Shown here: positions 27,901 to 39,048 of the stretch, piece by piece | Numbering within the stretch: position 1 is the stretch's first letter | Layout: each line of letters begins with the position of its first letter | From: Macrostomum lignano | Lineage: Eukaryota | Assembly (NCBI GenBank): GCA_002269645.1 | Contig: NIVC01001051.1 | Coordinates: forward strand, 124,001 to 188,000 | DNA: 64,000 nucleotides | Direction: 5' to 3' | Position numbers and translations under genes: made by a program | The notes under the pieces: model-generated | Told to the model about the DNA's origin: nothing | The model's database searches: none | Seen by the model: the letters and a program-made list of their open reading frames with translations, nothing else

Positions 27901-29284
27901 TATGCTGATAGACTGCTGATGGACTTGGGGAGGGTAGCACACCTGATGATGGACTTGGGGAGGGTAGCACACCTGATGATAGACTTGGGTGGTACACCTG
28001 CTGATAGACTGGGGAGGATAGCACACCTGCTGATGGACTGGGGAAGGGTAGCACACCTGCTGATAGACTGGGGAAGGGTAGCACACCTGCTGATAGACTG
28101 GGGAAGGGTAGCACACCTGCTGATAGACTGGGGAAGGGTAGCACACCTGCTGATAGACTGGGGAAGGGTAGCACACCTGCTGATGGACTGGGGAAGGGTA
28201 GAACACCTGATGATAGACTGGGGAAGGGTAGCACACCTGCTGTCTGCTGATAGACTAAGGAAGGGTAGCACACCTGAGGATAGACTGGGGAAGGGTAGCA
28301 CACCTGCTGATAGACCGGGGGAGGATAGCACACCTGATGATAGACTGGGGAAGGGTAGCACACCTGCTGATAGACCGGGGGAGGATAGCACACCTGATGA
28401 TAGACTGGGGAAGGGTAGCACACCTGCTGATAGACCGGGGGAGGATAGCACACCTGATGATAGACTGGGGAAGGATAGCACACCTGCTGATAGACTGGGG
28501 AAGGATAGCACACCTGCTGATAGACTGGGGAAGGGTAGCACACCTGATGATAGACTGGGGGAGGGTAGCACACCTGATGATAGACTGGGGGAGGGTAGCA
28601 CACCTGCTGATAGACTGGGGGAGGGTAGCACACAAGCTGAAAGATTAGGGTAGGGTAGCACACATACAAGAAAGGGTAGGTAAGCTAGATAAGTCTAAAT
28701 AAAGGAAGAAATAGGTGTACAAACCCTAGAAATTCAAAGCAAACAATATCAAGAAGGCAAGCATGCAAGGCAAGATAAGCCATTCTGTGACAACTCACCT
28801 GAGCCTGTGTCTGCAGACGCTTGCGCAACTCGGAAACGGCGTTGCTAACCTTATCGAACCGGCCAGTAACCAGCAGAGTGAGGGAGCGGGCCCGAACGTT
28901 GTTGGAAATTTCAATCTTCACCTCGTGCTCCTGCTGCACCTGGGCGCAGATCTTGTTCTGGTCCGAGCCGAACTCGTTCTGCGTATCCTTGAAGCGCCGC
29001 TCCTCAAATGAAATCTCAACAATCTGGTAGCAAGAATATAATTATGAAAGCAAATAATTTAGGCTCATATAAGATTTAAGTTTAAAAAACCAAGAATTTA
29101 CCAACAGCTTTACCTGGGTGGTTACCGAAGTTTTAATAGGGGCAATCTTAGAGGGCGCCTTAGGCCAATGGTTGCCATTCAGCTCAGTTGACGATCCAGT
29201 CGCCAGAGGAGGGAAAGCCTCCGAGTAAAGCTGCACGCTAGCGCTGGCAGTAATGCCATCCTGGTGATTGTCCAATGTGTCCAT
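21911..29284 (-). CDS. HDLBP: vigilin (multi-KH RNA-binding protein), 8 coding exons, ~1300 aa
   Basis: Exons 29284-29114, 29023-28799, 27857-27414, 27101-26742, 26430-25711, 24673-24254, 23707-22636 and 22401-21911; all GT-AG. Contains YSEAFPPL, APIKTSVTTQ, HPFIAGPYNR, 14 GxxG-type KH loops and the terminal GFVVRDAPW motif, collinear with known vigilins. Confidence 0.96.
23880..24110 (-). mobile_element. tRNA-derived CORE-type SINE in vigilin intron 6
   Basis: Minus strand: A-box tagcctagtgctta, B-box ggttcgattcc, then gtgtccttgagcaagacacttgac...cagctgtaaaatggg, which resembles the MIR/CORE domain. Confidence 0.75.
24735..25612. repeat. 22-23-bp G-rich minisatellite in vigilin intron 5
   Basis: Unit aaaggggatgggggagattcct, ~35-40 copies. 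Confidence 0.9.
26510..26712. mobile_element. short MITE-like family, copy 1 (others at 32664-32956 and 57096-57327)
   Basis: Shared core ccaaggtaagtcgcaaaaatg...agttactc...tttaccc, and the gttgcgcatg terminus. Confidence 0.6.
27905..28645. repeat. 30-bp minisatellite in vigilin intron 2
   Basis: Unit tagactggggaagggtagcacacctgctga, ~24 copies; it explains the 10-aa periodic ORFs in the track. Confidence 0.93.
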
Positions 29285-30488
29285 GATCCTATTAGCAGTG
29301 GTCGAGACAATTCCAGTCTGTGTAGGAGTAGCCAAATTCTCTTATCTTCCTAAAATAATAAATCAGGTGTGCAATAGTACAAATTTCTGCTTGCGTGTGT
29401 AAAGGCGATATATAAATTATAGGCACTGGACTCGTTTAAAAAAAACAGCTGCTTGACAATACAGAAATGTAATTTTGATATTCAGAAACTTTAGCATAAT
29501 GCATAGCGAATCACTGCTAAGAATTTAATATTGTTCTTGTAATTTCTACTAACATGTTTTCCTTATGATAACCAATACGAAACATGACTTAAACACATAA
29601 ACAAAGCCTAAACTAAGTGCTAAACCTAAAGATATGATAGGGGTAGAAGAATTATGGCCAGATACAATAAATTATGAATACCCATGATAACTTATAGATA
29701 TATCTTACACAACAAATGTAACTCTATAACAAAAACAATGTATAGTTAGTTACAGTTTTTATAGATTACTATTAAACATTTTTCTTAATTTTAAATTAAT
29801 TAAAAAAATTTAAACACAAACATGATCCAATATATTACATCTAATATGTTATTATATCTAACATATTATGATGTTTCACCTTATATGACTAATACCCAAT
29901 ACTATATTTACATAATTCAAAAATATTATATCTTAAAATGCTTACCCATGTCACTTTTTAATATTTCAAATAATTTGTATAGCTTTTTATTTTTATCTAC
30001 CGACTTGTCAATTTAGTTTTTTCTCTTATGACACTATAAGAATATGACTTATAGTAAATAATAAGTAAGTACTAAGACTAAATAATAACTAAATAATATA
30101 GTAAGAATACCAGGTAAGACTATGGAGAACAAATAAATAGAAAAACTTTAACATCTATTTCACTTCAAATAATTTTTAATTAACAAATAATTAACAAATT
30201 TATTTAAATAAAAACATTAGTTTTTCCCTAAAGTGATGATTTATTTATATTTTGTATAGTATCTCTATTTCTAAAACCTTTGGCTTTGCACAAGAATATA
30301 TTTTAGCATATTTTTTTAATGTGCTATGCACAAAGCTAATTATAAATTTATGTACAAATATATTCATTATTGACAATTTTATGACTATATTATGTTTTAT
30401 ATAGCTATAATGGCATTAGTATTAAATCCAATAAAACATAGAAAACTGATTTAAAATAATAAATCAATATCTATACCTTTATTATCAT

Positions 30489-30661
30489 ACATGCACAACC
30501 TTGGGAATCACTTGGCCATTTCTATTGGCAACACACACACACACATGTAAGTTGCTATTGGCTGAGAGCAATCATCTGACTACTATTCCATCCAATAGCA
30601 ATTTACATGTGTGTTGCCAATAGAAATGGCTAAGTAAATCTCTAAGTTGTGCCCAAGCATG
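30489..30661. mobile_element. hairpin (fold-back) MITE-like element; second copy at ~59690-59826
   Basis: Arms gccatttctattggcaacacacacatgtaagttgctattgg and ccaatagcaatttacatgtgtgttgccaatagaaatggc are reverse complements. Confidence 0.7.
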
Positions 30662-30889
30662 TTTATTATGCATTTAAAATTAAAAACTCTCTTTAGTCTA
30701 AATCACCTTCAAAATCATCAAATTAGAATCAATTCAAAAGTTTTAGAAAATGCAATTTCAGATTTTATGTTTTATTTACTTAAATATGCTATCATTGGCA
30801 TATTTATCAATTATTGGTTTAAAATATTATAATATACAAAAATGCAATTCATGCTTTGTATATTTTGATAACACACTTTGGCTTGGGTA

Positions 30890-31503
30890 TACCACTGTGA
30901 TATAGAGCTCGAATGGGATCCCAATCCCGATCTTGAATTCTCGGGATCCCGAAGATTTTTCAGGAATTCAGGATTGGGATCCCAAAGGCTTAGAGAACTC
31001 GGGATTCAGGAGCACAATAGATTGATAATGAAGATGATGCTTTCAACAATCAAGAGCAGTAATCAATACTAAGCTAATTTTTGTAACAGCAACTATAAAT
31101 ATGTTGAAAGTTTGACCTTGAATTCACCAAATAAAGCAGCAGATTTTTACTTAGTAACAGGTTTGTAAAGAGTTGTACTCGTAAATAACAAACTAACGAG
31201 TATGAGGCTTTTCACGAAGAAATTCTAGAAACAGAATTTTACAAGAAAAATGCAGTATAACTAATGCAATTCAATATTACATTAATGTGGAACAGTCGCT
31301 TTTCGTGCGATCAAGGCTGAATAGCATAGATAGTCAGATAAAACTATCCTTGAATCCTTGATTCATTAGTTAGTAAGTAATATATTCCCAGATCCCAGAT
31401 TCCAGAATCCCGAATACTAATCCCAAATCCCGAAATTATTTTCAATCCTGATCCCGCCCGATCCCAAAAATTCTGCTCCCATTTGAGCTCTACAGTGTGA
31501 TAC
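30890..31503. mobile_element. degenerate MITE-like element with gggatccc-rich termini
   Basis: gagctcgaatggga at the left is mirrored by tcccatttgagctc at the right; clustered gggatt/aatccc motifs. Confidence 0.45.
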
Positions 31504-31539
31504 AAACTTTTTTATTCAATTTTGCTGTGTACCACTATA

Positions 31540-32425
31540 TACAAGGGGTGTTCAAAAAGTAGTGATACTTTTAACCGTAGCTCTTGTTCTATAGCTTCCT
31601 GTGATTAAAAATTTTATGAACTGATAGTGGCAAATCTTTTCTACAGACTGCTTTTTGAATTTTTAAAATTGATACCAGAGAACAAAAGTTATACCCATGA
31701 AAGTAACAGTACCTGTACCATTGAGTTACAAATTATAGGCTAAGCTTCATGAGATCCATGCCAAGTAAGCTATGATGAATGGTTGATTTCAGCTTGTCCA
31801 ACTTGTCAGCAATCTCTCTAATGGTAATTTGGGAGTCCTTGTCAAGAAGATCCAGAATGGAGTCTGCCAGTACATTAGGTTGATGAACGTATGGCCGTCC
31901 TGTCTGATGCTGATCTGCCAAGTCAGTCCTTCCCTTGCTGAACTGCTCCATCCATTGATAAACTGTCATTTTGCTGACCACAAATGATCTATGTGCAGAG
32001 CAAAGTTTTGCATGAATTTCTGAGGCACTATGGCCAGCGCCCCAAAGAATGAAGATGGCAATTTGCTGAGCAACAACTGAGTGCACATTCATGTGTGTTG
32101 TCAAGTATAGGCAATGAAATCATGAACGAATCGCAAAATGCAAGCTCCTCTATTTGCAAGTAAAGTAATGAATTTAATGCTTTATTTTTCTGCATATGAT
32201 CCTGTCCATAGACAAATTTCAGTCAGTCACAGTGAGCATCATTTTGCAATTGTGCTTTGGTACTGCTTAAACAGGACATTTATTGATGCCTTCTTAATGA
32301 ATGAGTACAGAAGTTGACTTCTGTGCTGTTACTTTTATGGGTATAACTTTTGTTTTCTTGTTCACAGAAAGCTATAGAACAAGAGCTACAGTTAAAAGTA
32401 TCACTAATTTTTGGATACTCCTCTA
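31540..32425 (-). mobile_element. internally deleted mariner (Tc1/mariner) element
   Basis: TIRs aggggtgttcaaaaagtagtgatacttttaaccgtagctcttgttctatagct at both ends, bounded by TA. ORF 32092-31733 encodes the mariner N-terminal HTH region (GHSASEIHAKL...VYQWMEQFSKGRTDLAD...GRP...ITIREIADKL). No DD34D domain. Confidence 0.85.
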
Positions 32426-32663
32426 AAGAAATGATGTAGTAACAATGTTTTAAGCAATTTCTATGGTAAGGTTTCCAATGAGATTCCTTAAATTTAAAAA
32501 ATTGTAACTATTTGCATTTCATAGCATAGATTTATTTGAGAGGTTTTTAAAAAAAATTAAGATTAATAAAAATTAGTCTAGTAAAATAAATAAGTTATGA
32601 CCACTTTTGTGATTTTTTATTTTTATAGTGTTATTTTGCCATATATAAGACCAAAGGACTATG

Positions 32664-32956
32664 ATCATACATGCGCAACAGTTAGCCAATCTGGCTGACT
32701 GATTTGGTAGCCAACCAAGGTAATTTGCAAAAATGCCCACCCAAATAAATACCCAAGTAGTACTAAATAGTTAATGAGGCATTTTGGCTTAATAAGACAG
32801 TCATAGTTACTCTTGCCATTTACCCAAAATTGTATTAATTTTGCTTTAGGGTTTTTTTACATATAAGTTACATTTTTGGCCAAAAACTATATTGCATTTT
32901 TTTGCTTAAACTTAGTTGCACAGCTGACTGAATTTTGGAGGTTGCGCATGTATGAC
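32664..32956. mobile_element. MITE with 15-bp TIR tcatacatgcgcaac
   Basis: tcatacatgcgcaac ... gttgcgcatgtatga; internal similarity to 26510 and 57096. Confidence 0.7.
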
Positions 32957-33692
32957 TATATTCATGATAATTTGATAAATTGTTAGACAATATGAATCAT
33001 AAGTGTATGAACATTTTAAAAAAGTAACAATAAAGAAAATAGATACAAAACATTTGTATATAATATTTCATATTAAAAATTAAATACTTAGATATATTTC
33101 AATATACCTTATAGCAAATATAAAAAAACTATTTTATACCTCCATGGCACTAAGTACAATAGTAGCATTAAATTGTAACATCCTATATACTAAAAATGAA
33201 AATTTTTTACTTTAACCAAAAAGCAATTTTATGCTTTTAAATAGTTTTATATGCAAAGCATTATGTCTAAAATGGTAAAAAATCATTATGACAATTTCAA
33301 ATAGAAGATTTATTGCAAGAAGAATTTGTTAAAAAATATAGATATGTAAGATGAAATATGTTTATTGCATTTTAGCCATTAGGACTAAAATATTTTTTAC
33401 TATAAACATAAAATTACTGACTAAAAGGTAGAACTTATCAAAGTAATGCTTTTCAAAGACTATGTTATAGATCTGTTACAGACCCTAACTTAAATTAGTG
33501 TCTTATGTCATAATAAGTAAAAAATATAATATTATTATATATGACATGATCAAAAAATGCATTTTTTCTAAATCATTATAGTTTATAATCACCTAGAATA
33601 ATAAGCATAAATATATAAAACATTTATTTGTTAGATATGTACACACTATTTAACTAATTTAACAAAATTAAACAAAAAGTAATACTATCTTA

Positions 33693-33773
33693 GTGATTGT
33701 CCAATGTGTCTATGATCCTTTTAGTAGTATCTGAGACAATTCTAGTCTACAGGTGTAGGAATAGCCAAATTCT
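33693..33773 (-). pseudogene. decayed copy of the vigilin acceptor and start-codon region
   Basis: Aligns to 29264-29340; ATG is changed to ATA and an in-frame TAA follows DTLDNH. Confidence 0.75.
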
Positions 33774-34140
33774 GTTTTGTATGTTTATATACAATAAAAA
33801 CAAAATAATTTGGCCATAGACTTTTGGCAGCTTTCTAGTATTAAATTCAAATATATGATAACAAGTTTTGAAGTGTAGAAGTAGTGTTTACTGTAGTGGA
33901 CTTATTTTGCTCTTGGCTTAAGTCCCTTAAAATTAGTTTTCTTATAACTTAAGGATTAACTTCATAGAAGCAAAACAATTTAACAAATAGAACTTGACAA
34001 CTGCTCATTTTATAATTTTTTTCTAAATAACTTGAAATTTATACTTACTTGACAACTGACTATTTACTTATATTTACTGACTATATCAATAGTCAGTAAT
34101 AGCTATGGTATGGCAGTCTTGGTGGGTAATGGTTAGAATT

Positions 34141-34398
34141 CTGGCACCGGAACCCATTTTCTAATAGCTAAGGATCTGGCAGTGCCATATAGAAGCATAT
34201 AAAGACTGCTAAGAATATATCTTAAGAAGTCTGAATATTAGAAGTATCTCGTCCCGAATCTTATCATATTGTCTTAAATTTTAATCTAGAACAAAATCTT
34301 AATATCAGCCACCTACAGAAAGAAAAATATAATGTTCCATCTATATTATAATGGCACTGCCAGATCCGTAGCCATTAGAAAATGGGTTCTGGTGCCGG
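34141..34398. repeat. inverted repeat, ~48-bp arms (probable MITE)
   Basis: ggcaccggaacccattttctaatagctaaggatctggcagtgccat versus its reverse complement at 34351-34398. Confidence 0.75.
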
Positions 34399-34610
34399 AG
34401 CCATTGCCGTTTTGTTGTGTGGAAATCTTAGTCATGTACCCATAATTTTATGGCACAAAAAACCTAACTAAAGATTGCTGCTTTAAATATATTAGCTTGT
34501 TTCTCATTTTAAAACACTGTAAGGCCTTAACTTATAGCAAAGCCCTTTTTGACATATCTTATTCATCTTAGGCTTAGCCTTAGCTTAAGCACACACAGAA
34601 TTAAGCTAAA

Positions 34611-35065
34611 GGCAGTGCTTATCCCCACAGTACTGTAGGAATAATTTTTGTCTTATTCCAACAGTACCGTGGGAATAATTTGCTGCTTATACGCACGACA
34701 CTCTGACAAGATAGCTGCCCCATCTTCTACATTATGCTGTGGGAATAATTTAGTTTATTACTTACGGTTTAAGTGCAATATAACAACATAACTTTGCTTG
34801 ACAATTTGTTTAATAGAAGTAAAGATTTAATGGCCTTTTTATGCAAAAAACGCTGGTCGTGGTGTTGATCCAGATCAACAGCTTCTTAGTATCCTCAATT
34901 CAAATTCCCTTTCAAAAAGCTATAAACTATTCACGTACAGCATATATATGTAGAATTGCAGCTATCTCGTCAGTGTGCCGTGCGGATAAGCAGAAAATTA
35001 TTCCCACGGTACCATTGGAATAAGACAGAAATAATTCCTACGGTACTGTGGGGATAAGCACTGCC
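34611..35065. mobile_element. MITE with ~110-bp TIRs
   Basis: ggcagtgcttatccccacagtac...gataagcag/agatagctgc is mirrored at 34957-35065. Confidence 0.8.
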
Positions 35066-36493
35066 TAAGCTAAAATTTAAAATCACCAAAATGACAAACA
35101 CAATAGTGCATTGCATTGCCATTGTTAGTAGATCCATTTTAAGTACACTAGCTTGCTAGATAGAAGTTACAATATTCCCTCGTTACACTGAGGTTTTAAA
35201 GTTTTAAATTTAGTAGTTTTCTGTACCCTATGCTTTGGCTAACGCTAACGCCTAAAACGAACTGAAGACAAAAAGTTAACTAAATATTTTTTGCGTCGTT
35301 TACCCATAACATATACGAAATTCGTTGAAGATAAAACTATCAATATTATATCATTTACCTTAGACAACTCAGTTCATAAGCCGTGCGACGATGACACTTG
35401 AAGAAGTTGGAAACCTGTATAAGGTCTGTTTGTCTTCCTTGTTGTAAGCGAAAGTGAAATTTAACAGTAAAATGTTTCGAGTCAAATTGTCGCCAGTTTT
35501 TTACTCAGAACATTTTGTAGCCACGATAGTTGAAAGTAAAGCCGTAAAACACCGGAAATATCAAATAAGTTTTATTCAATTTAAGACTTTCAGCTGTCTT
35601 TTCAACTCTCTTTTTTGTCTTCAGTTTACCTTTTGATTGTATGAGTAATGAATTCACTCATAGTTATGAGTGCTTTAGCATTTACATTTTTTTGTTTTGT
35701 ACCTTGTTTCACAAGAAGATTCGATAATTCGTGATAAAAAGCAGTTTCAAAAATTGCTGAATTTTTGATTTTTTAATTTGCAATAAATATACTATTCAGC
35801 ACCATGACATTCGCCAAAAGTATCAGATCCTTGACGAGCAAAACTCAAGTAGGTGGTGGTGGGGCCGTCACAGTAAAAAGCAGATTTCTTTTATGCCTGT
35901 CCTGTGTAGTGCAATTCGATTGTTATAAAATGAGGTCCTATAGGGAGTACTTTCTGCCAGTCAGATGAAAGTCTCAAGTTCAAATTAAGTCAACTGCATT
36001 AAAAAATCTTTTATATATAGTGGCACAGGGACGCAAAGCTTTTAATGTTGATTAATTATATTTCCGGTAGCGGACGAGACGATATACATGTACGCCTCGT
36101 ATACACCTCGTACACATACAGTACGTATAGCTGTGTATATACGTATGTACTTTATCGATCGTCAAACTATACATCTGTATGTCTGAATGATCGACAAACT
36201 ATGATAAAGCCTGTTAGAAGAATATAAAGAAGTGACGAAATGTTAAACTTAAAAGGTGGAGAAGCTTGTAGAGTAGGAATATAGGGAAAAAGAGACTGAG
36301 AGGAGGTGAGAACTCTTTCAAATCTGCAGATTTCAACTTTCCTATGAAAGTTTTAAATCGATTTCCGCTCCCAAAGTAACCATGCAGTCTTCATTTGACA
36401 ATAGATGTCAAAATAATACCAGTTCTCTCTCTGACCAGTACTCATTAATAAACATTACGCTCGTAATGGTGTGAAGTGACGACATGATAATTT

Positions 36494-38481
36494 TGATGGG
36501 TTTCGACCTTCGGGCTCCTTGTTAGGGAAGCCTTCGGGCCTCAGGCTCAGAAATAAATCAATTAGAGACCTGGCCCCCCACTCCTGTCAGATGGTCAGCC
36601 CCATGGTAGCTTGATCGTGTGGCGAGCAGTCTAGGTCCTATAGCTAAGAGAGGGACAGCGAGAGACGAGCAGGGAGAATTTTGAAAGTAGAAATTAGCTA
36701 ATCCGCAGATCAACTAACTTGCTGCCACCAGCCCGTACGCCCTGGCTCACCACACCGGGACTCTCGAAATCGGGCTTCCGACTAGAAGGGGCTTTGCACT
36801 TACCTGCCAACTAGTGTCTTTTTGCTGTCAATCTCGAAGTCATAGCCGATGATAAGGGACACTGCTGGGACTAGATCGCATTGGCCATGCAGGTACAGAG
36901 GGGACTTGTGCAGGGGATTCTTGCGGTGGCGAGTCTATGGGGTAGCTAAATTTACTATTACATTGCTAAATACGAGGAATTGTACTTTTGGCCTTCAACG
37001 CGCCAACTAGCCTCTCCTAGCGCTGATGATAGACTAACTCGAACTTCAGAGACCGCATGATTCATTTACCCGAGCCGCTTGGCTACCCTAGAGTGCACAA
37101 AGTACATCTCTGGCGCCGATTCTGCACTTCTGGCAGTTTTGCTCACTGATTCGATAGATTGGTCGACTGAGAACTGCCTTGCCATTGGTCCACTGTGACC
37201 GGCGCCTACTAGCTTAGCTACTCATCTGAGCCATCGGCGAACAAAGAAATAAAACCGATAAAAATAACTGTTAGATTTAACCTTCTCCTTAGTTCACTTC
37301 ACACTTCAGATTGAATTGGAGTCTTAGACTACTAGCAGTATTATTGAATGATTTCTGCCTCAGCAACAGCACTACTGAACAAAATGAGCAAAAGTGTGCG
37401 CCTAATTCAGCTACTGCAACAGGGGACAGATAAGGGATCACCCAATCAAGCAAGTCTAGGTAGCCTCTCACCCAACCAATCAGAAACTCAACAGCCGGAG
37501 ACCAGGTAATCCACAGTGACCGAATCGGCGCGATGCTCTGCAGCTGTAGACTCGGGATGATGCTGTCACACTCTTCGCTGTTAGCTAGCAGGTGATGCTC
37601 TTAACTTGATGTTCGCTGCTGTCGACCGGGGGACTCGTCCTTGATGATGATGGGGGGAAGTCGCAATCCGGGGATCAAGAAACGACGGTCGTGCTCCGGG
37701 AACCAGAAGTTGCGCGCTGGGCCCGAGCCAAAGTTGAGTCCGAGCGGGCCAAAAACTCCGGTTTAAATAGCCGCCAACTGGACCGCAGTTTGTTATAATG
37801 GAACACGTCGATTCTGATTGGCTGAGCCGTTTTGTTAAAATGAGCGCCGAATTTTCTGATTGGCTAAGCTTGTTGCTACCCAGAATCACGTGACCGAGAG
37901 ATCCTATCAGTTCCCACAGGGTCGTAAAAAGATGACAGGTGCGGCCATAAATCACTCAAAATCGCAACAAAATGATTTATGACTTTTCGCGTAGGATTGA
38001 CAGAAATTAATGAAAAAATATACATTAGAAAGCTCTTATTAAATAGAAAGTGAAGATAATTAAGAGACATCGCTAATCGCTAATCCCAAGGTACTTTTAG
38101 GGGTAAAACGCATAGCTGTCAAAGCTGTCACACGCTTGAGTGAACACGAACAATAGGCTCTGACCTCATAAATCTTGATGGCCTGTCAAAATGATGAGAA
38201 AAAAGCTACCGCCCGCATCCTCTCAGACCATCTGGCGCCCGCTTCAACACTGAGTGAGGCGCAGGTGGCTGTCAGACCAACTTTGAAAGCGATGATTTAT
38301 GACCCAAAAAGCTGCGCCTATGTTATTATGACTACTAGTATGACCAGACATTATATCTGGTATAGATTCTATGAAAATTCGCAGAAAAAGGATAAAAATG
38401 CCCATTGCCCACTGTTATTAGGCAAGTAAGTTTAGAGCCCATGTGCTAGCGCGGGATTTGGGAAAAAGTGCGTCCTCATCA
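36494..38481 (-). mobile_element. ~2-kb solo-LTR-like element, copy 1
   Basis: Homology with 60974-62998 starts at TGATGGG and ends at CCTCATCA (TG...CA ends, short inverted termini); attt flanks both sides; two CCAAT boxes plus TATTTAAA on the minus strand. Confidence 0.75.
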
Positions 38482-39048
38482 ATTTTACGAATTTTTCTAT
38501 TTTTTTCTTGATGCTTCCATGGATGACAAATTTACTTTTTCTCATAGATTTTTTCGATATAGATGATGAAGAGACCCAAATGGTAATGAGCGTGTTGTTG
38601 CACGTGTACCATAAAACGATAGAGACACTAACCATTGCCTCTTGTCAATCAACTCTACCGCTCTGTATATAGAAACACGAGAAGAAAACGTGATGCTCGT
38701 TTCTAGGAAGATATTAAAAAAAATGTCCGTTAGTAATTATTTAAATTACTGTTATGTAAGTGTTCTGTTGTTAAATTAAAGAACGCAAAAAACAAGATAG
38801 ATAATTATCCGGGCGCTCAGTGGCACCAAAAGAGGGCTTGGCCAATAGGAGGGCGGCTCGTATATTTATGCACGCGGGGAAGGAAAGTTCTAGAAAGACC
38901 GGGGAAGGAAACTTCTGGAACTATGCGTAAACAAGTCCGCGGTGGAAGTTTCTAGAAACGCTGTCCCCGAACTACCCCTACGCATCGCATGCCTTTGCAA
39001 TACACAACATTCTTCCCCTCCTTCAAGGAGTCCAACAGTCCCCAAGCT

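Noticed and set aside
27848-28669. VCYPPPVYQQ and related repeat ORFs
   Set aside because: 30-bp intronic array within vigilin intron 2.
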